This document shows positions 39,581-52,373 of a stretch of 64,000 nucleotides of DNA, piece by piece. Numbering within the stretch: position 1 is the first letter of the stretch; every line of letters begins with the position of its first letter. The position numbers and the translations under genes are program-made. The DNA comes from Octopus bimaculoides (Eukaryota), in assembly GCF_001194135.2 (NCBI RefSeq), contig NC_068991.1:6123390-6187389 (forward strand), written 5' to 3'. Under the pieces are notes generated by a model. The model searched no databases. It was not told the DNA's origin and saw nothing but the letters and a program-made list of their open reading frames with translations.

Positions 39581-41232
39581 ACTATTTGGGGGCTATAGCT
39601 TCCCAGGGAGATGTGGGTCTAACAATCAATGATCATAATACCAACCTAATTAAGTTTGATCAGATTAAATATAGAAACCATAATGAATGTTCTCTTAATA
39701 AAAATGTTGTCACATTCAGTATGTATCATGTTGGTGTAGATGTCACAATATTTGAAGAAGATTATATAACATACCATATAACATTAATTAATTTTTATAT
39801 AAGAAATTATTCTGGCCTAATATTGCTGTAGAGTAGGTCTAGAAATAATTACTTATACACCAACGGATGATTTAGTCAGTATATGTAATTGTAATTACAC
39901 TGAGGTTGAACAGACCAACATGTTCTATATAGAGTTTATAACTTCAAGATTATTTATGAGCAAAAGTAGAAATGCATTTTTATATAGAATTAATCCTTAT
40001 GATCAGTGGTCTTCATAATGATATCCGTGTGTGTTGTGATTTATATGTATTTATATTAAAATGCTCAATACATGGTTATGGTAGGGTGTTTAGGATCCAT
40101 TGTGCATAAACGGTATATTACATATATAATTATAATAATAATAATGCATACTGCTGTGGTAAATACAGAACATTATAATGAACTAAAGTTGAACATGTTG
40201 TAACATAGGTGGCTTGTGTTGTTTATAAATAGTGCAGGAAAAGAAAGGTAAATGCAGGAATTAAATTGTGTAAATGAGGATAAAAATCATGTAAAATGTT
40301 AGAAGAATGATGTCTTTAGATGTCAGGTTGAGGTACCAGGAAAATTGTGTGCGAATTGTTCTTGTTTCAGCTTACTTGTAGAGTGATACACCATCTGTTT
40401 TATTCTTTAAGCAGAAATGTAGAGAATGGTTTAATTCCATTTGGATTAAAGTGATATTATGTCTGTCTGTTAATATTAATTTGCAAGGCAATGGTGAGCT
40501 GGATGAACTGATAGCATGCCAAGCAAAATGCTTAGCGGCATTTCGTCTGTCTTTACATTCTGAGTTAAAATTCCACTGAGGTTGACTTTGCCTTTCATCC
40601 AATCAGGATCGATAAAATAAGTACCAGTTGAGGACTGGGTGGGGTCAATGTAACTGACTTACCCCCTCCCCCAAACTTGCTGGCCTTGTGCCAAAATTTG
40701 AAATCAATATTAATTTGCATTAAAATATGATAAGAACATTTAAAGCTACATTTAAATAATGTATTTTGTGTGCGTTTGTGCTTGTCTTGGTAGAGAAAAT
40801 CAACATGTCTCAGACACAAGTGTCGTAAATAAACTCGTGCTTTTTGTAACTATAAAATTATTTCCATCCACTGAAAGAAAGTGGGAAAATTGGAGTTGTG
40901 ATGTTCATGCTTTACTCAAAAGTCATTAATACTAAGATCATAACAGAAGTTGATTGGAAGCCAGCTTTTCAGATTCTGCTGACTAAGAACATACCATAAT
41001 TAATTACACATCACATGCACGGGATATATTTATGAAATATATTCATAGACATCATTCATGCACACTTGTTTATGAGGTTATCAAGAGAAATGAACCATTC
41101 TATTACAAAAAGTTCTTGCCGAACCTTTTCAAGTCTAAAATAGCGAGTAGCACCCAAGGTTTTGTCTATAGCAAACTTGCTTGCAAATAAACTAAGCACA
41201 AATTTTCATTGCTGCATGCATATATATATATA

Positions 41233-41301
<69 letters not shown>

Positions 41302-41377
41302 ATATATATAAAGATATATATGTACATATATATATATATATTTACATATATGATCCATATATATATAAATAAAACAT

Positions 41378-41635
41378 CAGAATGTCCAGAAAGTTTTGCC
41401 CACTTTTGGTAAAGGTCGGTAACCAGAATAAAAGGCCAAATTATTAATTCAATGTTTATTACAATATTCTTATTAATACAATCAAAGAACAACTAAATAG
41501 TTTTAGTTAAATTCATGGTCAATGTGTTCTTATAATTGGTTTTAAATATATTGAGTGAAATTAAAACAATTTAAACCTGTAAGTTTAACTTAATTAATTT
41601 TTACCAAAGTGAGCCAAACTTTCTGGTCTCTCTAC
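41378..41635. mobile_element. Tc1/mariner-type MITE
   Basis: Imperfect ~29-bp terminal inverted repeats: ccagaaagttttgcccacttttggtaaa / tttaccaaagtgagccaaactttctgg. Confidence 0.65.
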
Positions 41636-43295
41636 AAATATTTATATATTTTAGTATATAATTTCCGTTCCTCACTGTTTCCTTGAATTCCCTAACAATT
41701 AAATTCAATACAGTTTCAATAATAGTCATTCTAAATATTGCTTGCTGCTCTAGACTTGAAAGGTTTCCTTTTGTTTCTTTCTATTTTTTCACATTCTTTT
41801 TAACATCTATATATATATATATATATATAATATATATTTTTTTAAATCTCTATTAGCACTCACAACGAATAGTGGCAGTGTAACGTTATTTACTTACCAC
41901 CAATAATAAGAGATATCTGGTTGTGGATGGGGCGATTTTTGTTCTAATAAAATCATTTCTTCTGTAGTCTTTTGCTACATTTTAACATCTAGTGCAAGCA
42001 ATCCAGGTGTGACTGGACAGCATCTCAGAACACACACACACACATATATATCTATATATTTGTGTGTGTCTACTGGATAATATAAACGGTGGCACAAATT
42101 GAAAAGCATCTTGTTTTTAATCTGCTTATATTGAAATTTAGTTGCATTTGGCTCTCTTGACAGGATGTCCGGTTAGTGACAAAAGAAATTCTTCAATTTA
42201 TGTCTTCTACATTACTTGAGGCTTCATTTTGCTCAAGGCTTACTCTTGAATATTCCAATGTGTTTAGCATTAAAATATGTACCTTTTGTTACCTTACAGC
42301 ACGAATTTCAAATCAAGTCAGAGCTTAATCCTTTCATTACTATGTATATTTGCAAATATTTTACTAAATATCTGCGACTGTATCGCTATGTTATGTTGGC
42401 GTAGACCATCAAGAATTTGCTGATATTATCCATGCTGTGAGATTTTGATTTTAGATTTAAATGCGAGTACTTGAGGTTGATGTTACAAGAGATGGACTCC
42501 CCTCGGTTAAGTTGCCAAAGATAGACACATTCACTACATCAACAGAAGAAAAAACTTCTTCAAATACTGACCCTGCGACCCAGCAAATGATGGGTGGGAA
42601 ATTATTTTCTAAAATAATAAATCATCATACAGTTAAAATAATCTCACAGATATTGAAGGCTGGATTACGTTTGATGCTTTTTGCCAACTACTTTGGCACC
42701 TCATTTGTTTTGAGTCCAATTCTAGCCAAGGTTGATCTCTTTCGTAATCAATCAACCTATACATCGTTTTCTTGTGTACAAACAACCTGTTTTCAAGAGC
42801 TTCGTAATAAATGTGTTTATGCTATGTTCATTTACTCTAGTCTCGCTCTCTCACGCTAATTCACAATGTCATTTTGTTTATAAGGAAATGCCCTTCTTTC
42901 TATATATTGTTCAATGTTACACACACACACTTGTGAAGATATTAAAGACTGCAAGCCATTGGTATTGTTGGGGAAGGGTGTTTAGAATGATTTCTAGGCA
43001 TGTCTCTACGAACAGACATAGAAGTTTGTGATGTCACTTAGCCCCAGCCCAAACCCCAATTGAGCAGACCTATGTTGAAAGGCATTCCAGCCTTAGAACT
43101 ACATTATTTCATGTCCCTTGTTCCCTGTTTGTTCTTATGTTGCTGTTTCTAGCTGGTCGAGCACTCATGTAGAGCCACTCACCTTTGTTGGCTCGGCTAA
43201 TGTTATACAAACATATATGGCCGAGTTGGTTATTGCCTCATGTTTCCTGTCTATTTGTGTGCATTTACATATTAGCTTTTATGTATGTGTGTGTG

Positions 43296-43336
<41 letters not shown>

Positions 43337-44060
43337 GTATATATATTTAGTGTCGGTCTAAATGCTTGCTAGTGTTTAGTTACAGCTTATTATATTCTGA
43401 ATTCGAATCCTAAGTTGATTTTGCTATTATTTCATTGCCTGAGTTCAGTAATAAGTACCAGTAATAATATTGGGGTCAGTTCAGTCGACTATGACTTTCC
43501 TGTGCATAAATATGGCCTTGTATCTTGTCTCCAAAAAAAAAAAAGAAAGAAAAATCACCATGAAAAATATGTTATATTAGCATTCTTAATTTATTACACC
43601 CTCGTTAGTAGAAGTTAATTAGCTTTATATCTGCTTTGTGCATTGTCCTATTATCAACTGTCAACTGATTCATGCATCATTTGTCATCTTCCTCTTTAAT
43701 GGTTCTTAATGAGTTATGCATTTTGTGATTCTTCAACTACACCCATTAACAATTCATAATTCTGTCATTTGCTGCTGCAGATCTGTCACAACTCTACATG
43801 GGAAAAATTATTGGTTAAAAAAAAGAAATATTTCAAAAAAATTACAAATCTAATTCCAGTTGATCTTGGGCAATATTTTTACTCTGTTTCTTGTATATTG
43901 GCAAATGTCTGGACATTCTATAAATTTTTCTTTATAACCTTAACAGTCACAATACAAACTTTATTTGACATTGATCTTAAGATCTGCAAGGTTGACAACA
44001 ATGAACTTCTTGCCAACCTCACAAATCATATGATTCGGTCCTTTTAGTGTCATTAGTTGT

Positions 44061-44250
44061 GGAGACGCATGGCTTAGTGGTTTGGGTGTTGGAATCATGA
44101 TTGCAAGATTGTGGTTTCGATTCCTGGACTGGGCAATGCATTGTTTTCTTGAGCAAAACACTTCATTTCATGCTGCTCCAGTCCACTCAGCTGGAATAGG
44201 GAATAATCGTGTGATGGACTGGCACCCCGTCCAGGGAGGAATATATATAC
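44061..44250 (+). mobile_element. tRNA-headed SINE family 3
   Basis: ggagacgcatggcttagtggt..ggtttcgattcc head and cttgagcaaaacacttc..gctccagtccactcagctgg core. Tandem copies at 48060-48420; fragments at about 20870-21130, 21530-21640 (-) and 52500-52640 (-). Confidence 0.75.
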
Positions 44251-44564
44251 GCCAGAGAAACCAGGAAACTGGCCCTATGCTCCTTAAAGAGTAATGTGGA
44301 CTGACTAATGACATTAGTTGAATAGTCATTAGGGGGGGGGGGAATCCTTGATTGTCTTACATTTTTTTTCTTTGTTTAATCTTTTAAATTGTTTCCTCCA
44401 AAATCCTACTTTTTTTCGTCTTTATGTAGTTCTTTTTGCTTGGTGTTTTTTTTTTAAATTTCAAAAATCAAAATTTATTTCAATAATTTTAAAACTATGA
44501 AAAAAAGTTTAATTTTGACATATTTTGCTCTCTCTCTCTCTGTATATATGTATATATATGTATA

Positions 44565-44597
<33 letters not shown>

Positions 44598-47500
44598 CAT
44601 TTGTATTTGCATTTTTGATGACTTTCCATGTTGCCATAACAAAAGAGATGTTGTTATTGGGTATGTCTGTTATTTGTCTGTTATTTATGTGGTGTTCTGG
44701 GTAATTTTTCTGCTATAAATGTAGTTTTTTTCTAATCAAAGCCTGGACCTCTTCTTTTTTTTTTGTTCTTTATTTGTTTCTGTTACAATAAATTCTTTAA
44801 AATAATTCAATTGCAGCGGCACACAATCTCTTATTAACAGTTGTTGATTCTGAAAAAAAAAAAAAGAAAAAAATTCTAGTTCTATTTAAACACATACACC
44901 CACATACACACACACACACATGTATATACACATAGATACACAAATTTATTCAGTAGGTTTGTAGCTTCCATTTTGTGTAGTCTGTACAAAATATGAAATC
45001 ATATTAGATGATGTAGCTACACTTCAGTTGTGGTGATGGGGGAGAACCCCCCCCCCCAAATAAAAGAACCTGTTGATTTTTATAGTTTGTTACTTAACTT
45101 CTTGTTATTTAGTCCTTCCATGATTCACCACCATCATCAATCCATTCTCATTGGTTTTGCATAGATTTTGTTTTTTTCCATGTTGGCATATTTGGGAGAG
45201 ATTCGCATCATAGAAATCCCTTTTCTTATTATACTTGAAACACCAGCACTGCAGGTTCAATTCTGCCCTCTGTGGTGTTTCCCAATTCTGCCCTCATTCG
45301 GTGGTGTTTCCAACCGTTTATGTAGGTTGGTTGGTGTTTTTTTTTTAACTCTTTTTTTTTCTTCCTTACAACTAGATGTTCTTCCTATTATTGTTAGCCA
45401 CTGAAATGATGCAGGTTATCCTAAAAATATAAAAAAATATAAATAAATAAGAAAAAAGAAACCCCAGACAGATCAAGTGTATTTATCACGAATACTGGAA
45501 CTGGAGATGTTCGTTATCCTGGCCTGAGACTTTTCCCACCTCATGCTGAAACTCAACAGACCAGGTGTGCTTCTTGTTGTGGTTAAGAAAATTCTGTTTT
45601 GTTTGGTTTTTTGGTTTTTTTCATCTTTGAAAATTCCTTTTAAATAATTCATGTGTCCAGATATTCTGATATGTCGTTAGTGTTAGGCTTTTCTATTTTT
45701 TTTTTTTATATCTGTTTTTTTAATTAGTGAATTACATATTCACATATACTTGTATAAGTGTGTGTGTATGTGTGTACAGACTTTTTAACGCATCCCTGTA
45801 CACACAATTCAGTTCTGAACATATACAGTAAACATACAAACACACATCACTTATGTTAGGAATATAAATAAATATGTCATTGCTTAAATTTCTTTAAATA
45901 AAGACTTTATTTATAGTCTGTTTGTATGTTTGTGCCTATGTATGCACAAAGCTGAAACCAACTTTTTTCAGTTCCAATCACATACAATTTAGCCACACAG
46001 TTGCTGAATAATTTCATCCATTCTTCATATTTTATTGAAATTATGCCATAGAACATATATATTAATTCTATATAAGTATTTCTAGACTTGCTTTAAAACA
46101 ATATTGGGACAAAGTCCCCCACATCATTCCTTATATAGAGTCTGTCTGTATGCTCTTTGGTAACTTAAAAGATTTTCATTAAGAAACAGAGACTTGTGTC
46201 TTTTTTGTCCCCCCCCCCCTTTTTTTTATTATGTCAGTTTTATCAGTTCATTAAACCATTACTTCTTACTAGTTTAATGTGTTTTGTTATGTTGCACAAT
46301 ATTATGTTCTCCATCTCATAGGATCATATTGGTTCATGTGTGCTTAGCTTTTGTATATATGTGTGTATGTGCATGCATGTGTGTGTGTGTGTGTGTGTGT
46401 GTGTACACATTACTATGATACTATATTGTATGATGTTTCATACGTACACAATACTATTACAATGAACTCACACATTCACATGTGTTATTGTGCATAACAT
46501 ACTATTCATTCTGCATGCTATGATGGAAGATAATTAAAAAAAAAACAACAGCAAACAAACAAAAAATCATCTATAATGTTCAATAGAATCACTATATTGA
46601 ACATTATAGACATACTGTTCCCGACATGTTCAATACTGAGCACATTACATATTGCACTGTTTGCTATAGACAACATACTGTACATAGGTCTCTGCTTATC
46701 GCAGGGCATCAACTCTGTTGTTTGCTATGCATTCAATGTTAAATAATATCAATAATATCCCCCCCCCATACACTCTGCTGTTGTTCATTATTATACTCAG
46801 ACCCACAAATGCCATTCTGTTCACTAGAATTAAAATACATTGAACGTCGCCCATAGCATCCTAAATCACCCCCTACACACACACACACACATATATAACT
46901 GAATAAGTTGGAGTCAACAAAGAGTACAGTTAGACATTTGTAATCACTACAATTGTTTCTGTGCAATGTAGTTCTTCCTATATATATATATATATATATA
47001 TAACTGAATGAGTTGGGGTCAACAACAAGGAGTACAGTCGGACATTTGTTTGCAGTTACTACAATTGTTTTCCATTTAACGTAATTAATTCTCCAAGTCT
47101 GGAGAACTGTGTTGTGCAGAAACAATTGTTGTGATTGCAAATAAATGTCCGGCTGTACTCCTTGTTCACTCCAAATTATTCAATTATCCATTCACACACT
47201 ACAGAAGCCCAAATGCAAACCACGAAGTACATATAATACTACTACTGGGTAGCACCGGGCGAAATCTGAAGGTGGATGTGCTTTATACTGTACTCTATTA
47301 CATTCTTAAAAAAATATAACATAACTATATATATATAGAGAGAATATGGTGTTCTGATACATACATTGCATTATGAATAATTTTCTTGCATTATTTCCTC
47401 CTGTTTTTAATCACCACAATTGTTTTTGTGGCTTTTTCCTTCCAACACTCGGAGTTGCGGGGACCGTCCACATTTCATTAATTCCACCACACTTATTACA

Positions 47501-48567
47501 TAAAAGAACTCAAGTTACATCAATTCATGTATGTAAGTAAGTATGCAGCTTCATCAGTGACTTTAATGTTGTATGTGGGAAGTTTTTCACACATTCTTAA
47601 AAAAAGGGTTTTTTTTCTTTTCCTTTTTTTTTTTTGTTTTTTTTTTTTTTCTATTATCCCATCACAATATATAAATGATAGCTAATGTGCGGAAATTCTT
47701 GAACTGCTCAAACAATTTGTAATCAGTATTTCCAATGTTTCCATTTTGAAAATAAATTTGAAACACGTACAATGTTGTGGAATCCTAGTTTTTTTCAAAC
47801 ACATCTTGTTTCTGACATATTTTCTTCTTTTTTTTTTAATTATTTCACGTTAAAAAAAAAAAAAGAACTGCAAATAAAGTACACTTGAAGATTTATTTTA
47901 GAAAACATACAGTTATTGTTTGGAATTTTTCCTTATTTCTTGTTTTTGTTATAAATTTCAATTTTTACATCTTGAAAAATTTATAGCCTTTGATGAAATT
48001 TGATTAAATTTTGATGCATTCAGGAATGTTACAGAATAATGATAGAATTATTGTGGAAGCCTGATAGTCTCAGGGTATTTGCACCCACAATCTCAAGATT
48101 GTGGTTTCAATTCCCAGGCTGGGCAGTGCATTGTGTTCTTGAGAATAACACTTCACTTCACATTGCTCAAGTCCACTCAGCTGTAAAGTGGAGGCACATG
48201 GCTCAGTGGTTCAGGTGTTGAACTCCTGATCGTAAGATTGTGGTTTCAATTCCTGGATCAGGCAACACATTGTATTCTTGAGCAAAACATTTTATTTCAC
48301 ATTGCTCCAGTTCACTCAGCTGGCAAAAACGAATGACCCTGCAAGGGACCGGTGTCCTGTCCAGGTGGGGAATTTATACAGCATGGAAACCGGCCCCTAT
48401 GAGTCGGTATGACACTGACACAATGAGGTAACTTTACCTTTTTTACCTTAGCTGTAAATGAGTTACTCTATGATGGACTAGTGTCCCATCCAGGGGGAAT
48501 GATGTGATCTCAGCCACTTATTACAGCATAGAAACTAGGGAGTCGGTCAAGTCCTAGCACTCTAGAC

Positions 48568-48722
48568 CAGTGATCCTCAACCTTTTTAATATTGGGGCCA
48601 GATCCAAAACTTCTATTTACTTTTAGGGGGCCACACCATAAAGTGAAAACACAAGTCAAGCCAAAGAAAAACTTATATTTATAGAGGCATGTGGCCCTGG
48701 GAGCCACAGGTAAAAATTGCTG
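48568..48722. mobile_element. hAT (Charlie-type) MITE
   Basis: Perfect 8-bp TSD CTCTAGAC at 48560-48567 and 48723-48730; termini cagtgatcctcaacc / ggtaaaaattgctg. Confidence 0.8.
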
Positions 48723-50159
48723 CTCTAGACAGTACTTATCGTTATTATTAAATTTTTAATTACTACTGATTAGTATAATTTCATTTTACAGAGAGTTGGT
48801 ATAGAATGTAACTCAACAAAATTACTATAAATCTGAATCTATAACTTTTTTTTTAATGTAGGTGTGTTTAGTATTTTAAATGAGCAAAATAGGGTTTTAC
48901 TTCCTAATGAATAAAAAATTAAAATTTTCAACATTTTCTTCTCACCTTCAATTTCAAAACAAAACAAAAAATATCATTATTAATTCTTGTTTAACATTTT
49001 GTAAGCTTTCTTTTATATAAAACCTAAAGGTTAATTATAAATTTACTTAAACTAAAGAACAGTTCCTTCTTTAACGAACTAATTATGGAGTACACACAAA
49101 TTAAACATGACTTAAGAAATAATTATCTGTACACAATGGCTTTTGTGATAATCAAAATTTTGTAGTAATTAGCATTGTTAAATTTCTTTATTTAAACATT
49201 CATTTTTGCTTTTAATCTCTTCAATGGCTCTGTACTTTATTCAACCAAAGTTATTATTTCACTTATCTCATGTTTTCAGCTTCTTGTCTCAAAGAATTCA
49301 TCAAAAATGTCCACCAGGTTGATATATTATCTGATGTATAACATAACAAATACACTTGGTATCAGTTGATACTTCTCTCTCTCTCTCTCTCTCTCTCCCT
49401 CTCCTTCACTGATTGATCTATATTTGTGGTCTGTGTATGTGTGTGTCTGTCATAGTTTTCTGTCGTTGCTATTGGATAACTCCAGCCACTCCTGTCTGAA
49501 CCACCCTTGTCACAGTCAGCTGATTAAATGCTGGGAGACATCTTTCAGTCTTGCACTTTGAATATTCCACACAGGAGCAAAGTAAGGTATCCCAACATGT
49601 CCATCAGGATGGAAATTCATCACCTTCTCAGTGTTTTAATTGGAACTGTTCCATCTTAATGTAATCCTTTTTAAAGATGGTAAGGAATTTGTTGAGGCTG
49701 CATGGTAGAGTGACTATGTATAAATCTAGTTCATGTCTGTGTACAAGAATGCTATTTCATGATATTATTTACACAGATTGAGGTTTTTTTTTTTTAATGT
49801 CACTTTTTCCTGTCTTCTTTCTTGCTTTGTTATTAAATGTTATTAAAGTTTCTTTTTCAGTAAGAAAGCTGAAGTTTGGTGGGGGTGGGGTTTCTCTTTT
49901 GATTTTTGATTTTTTTGTTTGTTTTTTTTATAATGCCAGACTGAACGAAGTCACCCAACTTTTGTCATCTGCAACTATGAATAAAAGATGCCAGTGCTAT
50001 CTTGATTTAAGTACTGTTTTTATCTTAAATGTCTTAATGTGTTGTGTATTTTCACTCAAAAGGAAGATTTTCATTTTTCTTTTACTAAAGTTTTTTTTAT
50101 TATTTCACATTTTGGCAGAATGTCACAAATTCGTAAATCACAAGGAAAGCATTTGTTTG

Positions 50160-50860
50160 AATCTCTCCCTGTACCTGACTTTTAGATGGGTGTCTGTCAC
50201 TAGTTTTTCTTGAATCACTGATGGTGCTTCACCAGTTGGGACTTTGGTGAACAGACTTATCACATCTAGACTCACCATCAGGTTGGATTCAATCCTTGAT
50301 CAATTCTGTGAAGTGGGTGGAATTCTTCACATGCAATGTTGACTTTCCTGCTAATGGACTGATTATATCCACCAAGAAGCGGCTCAGTGGATAACTTGCT
50401 GAACAGCTCACTATAGGTCTTAATGGAATACCATTCTTGTGAATCTTAGGGAGACCATACATGTGTGATAGCTTACTGTAGTGTTGAGTCAGTTGTCTGT
50501 ACTTCATTGGTATAAAGTGATCCTTGTTCTTGATCAAGATCTGTGACAACTTCCTCTGTTTTCAAAGTAGGGTCTTTCTTTACTTTGCTGTAGCTACCAT
50601 CACTTATAAGACTTGCCAGTTTTCCCGAGTAGTCAGACTTGTTCATCACCACTGTAGCATTTCCCTTGTCCGCTGGAAGTATTAGGATGGAATTGTCACT
50701 CTGTTGTCTTTTGATAGCGAACGTTTCTTCCTTAGTGATGTTTGGTTTGGGAAGTTTCACTTTTTCTAGTACCTGTCTCTCTTTCCACCTTAGTTCATCT
50801 CCTTGAGCTTTTGGTATCTTTATGGCTATCTCTTCAATAAGGGCTATTATGTCCAAGTAT
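50160..50860 (-). mobile_element. Penelope-like retroelement, decayed reverse transcriptase N-terminal fragment
   Basis: Minus-strand frames read KPNITKEE..ILILPADKGNATVVMNKSDY..KDPT, then after a frameshift YGLPKIHKNGIPLRPIVS..KNSTHF, then after another frameshift LMVSLDVISLFTKVP. These are the DKG, YGLPKIHK and motif-A signatures of PLE RT. Confidence 0.9.
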
Positions 50861-50885
50861 GAATAATAATAATAATAATAATAAC

Positions 50886-51035
50886 AACATCGAAAGCTAC
50901 CTTAGGAATGAGAACCCAGGTTCGAAATTTCCCCAGGACACTTGATGAAGGCTGGAGGGTGTATCAGCCGAAACGTTGTGTTAACAACAAACAAGATGAG
51001 GACAAATATCCATCAAATATAAATAATGTAAATAA
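50886..51035 (+). mobile_element. Penelope-like pseudo-LTR / 3' end segment containing the hammerhead motif
   Basis: Abuts the PLE RT fragment across an (AAT)n run. An open frame NNIESYLRNENPGSKFPQDT* ends in the ribozyme core. The 3' part recurs at 57961-58093. Confidence 0.75.
50936..50982 (+). ncRNA. Minimal type I hammerhead ribozyme (C3U variant)
   Basis: GACAC stem I 5' / UUGAUGA core / extra A / GGCUG-10nt-CAGCC stem II / GAAA / C-G-U-U palindromic stem III and GUU triplet / GUGUU stem I 3'. Predicted cleavage is between 50977 and 50978. Confidence 0.72.
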
Positions 51036-51203
51036 CAGTACACTTCAGTTAGTTTGATACAGTTATTTTAAATCTCTTAGTTTACATTTAAGCTATAGAT
51101 TACCATATTTTAACATGTATAAGGAACCCTTTTCTATCAAAAATTAGGTTAAAAAAATATGGGAGTTTCTTATACAGGGATAGTATAATAATCCCTTACA
51201 AAG

Positions 51204-51420
51204 GGCAGCGAGCTAGCAGAATCATTAGCACACAGAGCGAAATGCTTTGCTGTATTTTGTCTGCTGTTACGTTCTGTGTTCAAATTCCACCGAGGTTGAC
51301 TTGGCCTTTTATCCTTTCAGGGTCGACAAAATAAGTACCAGTTACTCACTGGGATTGATGTAATCGACTTAATCCCTCTGTCAGTCCTTGTTTAGCTCCC
51401 TGTGGGCAATAAAGAAATAA
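51204..51420 (+). mobile_element. SINE family 1 copy
   Basis: Same head and core. Other + copies at about 13980-14170, 14200-14340, 17325-17465, 24230-24305, 30520-30737, 32549-32748, 40487-40703, 43370-43530, 51505-51620 and 57048-57115. Confidence 0.82.
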
Positions 51421-52319
51421 ATAATCCCTTACAAAACCTTTTTTTCCAAATTTTAAGCCCAAAAAATTAGGGAGTTCCTTATACTCATTAAAATATGGTA
51501 TATAACGGTGGTGGAATCATTTGTACGTCAGACAAAATGCTTCGTGGCATTTCCTCTCTTTTCTTACATTTTGAGTTCAAGTCCTGCGAAAGTCTTTTTT
51601 GCTTCTCATCAGTTTAAGGCCGTGTGTGTGTTTGCATGCGAATAAATAATACAGTTCTTAAATACTGGTCTTTCCAGTAGCAAAATTGTGCAACAGTTCA
51701 AAGGGTAAGGGAGATAATTCAAAGAAGCAATGACTACTTCAACCATTTGGAGACAGAACTTCATTTGACGTTTCAGTGTGCCAAGAAGACAGATCCCTTT
51801 TCACAAGCCCTATAAGGGCATGCACTTATTTTTCAAAAAAACTATTTAAAAAAATAAAGTAATTACTTTACGTACATAAAGCTATATATATTCTCGTAGG
51901 AAATTGATGGAAGCATAAATGAAATAAAAAAATATACATATATACAACAGGTGAGATTTATGGAAGATTTGGCTGCTTTTTCTTACAGCTTTGAGCAACA
52001 AGGAGCACACACACGCACATGTATACCTGCATACATACACACATAGATGCTTACAGGCGTACACACGCAACCACAGTTGTAGCTGGTGGTTATGTAATAA
52101 ACAATAAGCATTGATAGATTTTAGGATTTAACAGTCTCGATGTTTTTGAACAGCTTGCGATGACAACAAAGGAGCTGATGAGAAAGGCCCTACATGGTTT
52201 TTCAACCTGCTACAAATAACACCCACATTTCTCTCAAACCACACCCTGCCTACCATGTAAGAAAAAGAATAAAGGACACATTAGATAATGTAATCTAAGG
52301 CACCCCAGAATGACTGGAT

Positions 52320-52373
52320 GGTCACAGCTGGGATGTCTCTGATAGGCTGGTCACAGCTGGGATGTCTCTGATA
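52320..52373. repeat. Direct duplication of the 25-mer ggtcacagctgggatgtctctgata (period 29)
   Basis: Direct reading. Confidence 0.9.

Noticed and set aside
44061-44135. Possible tRNA genes at SINE heads
   Set aside because: Only A/B-box-like motifs with no complete cloverleaf, and they continue into the SINE body in every copy.
52175-52207. CUGAUGA followed by an 8-bp stem
   Set aside because: No GAAA after the stem (reads AACC) and no stem I or III.
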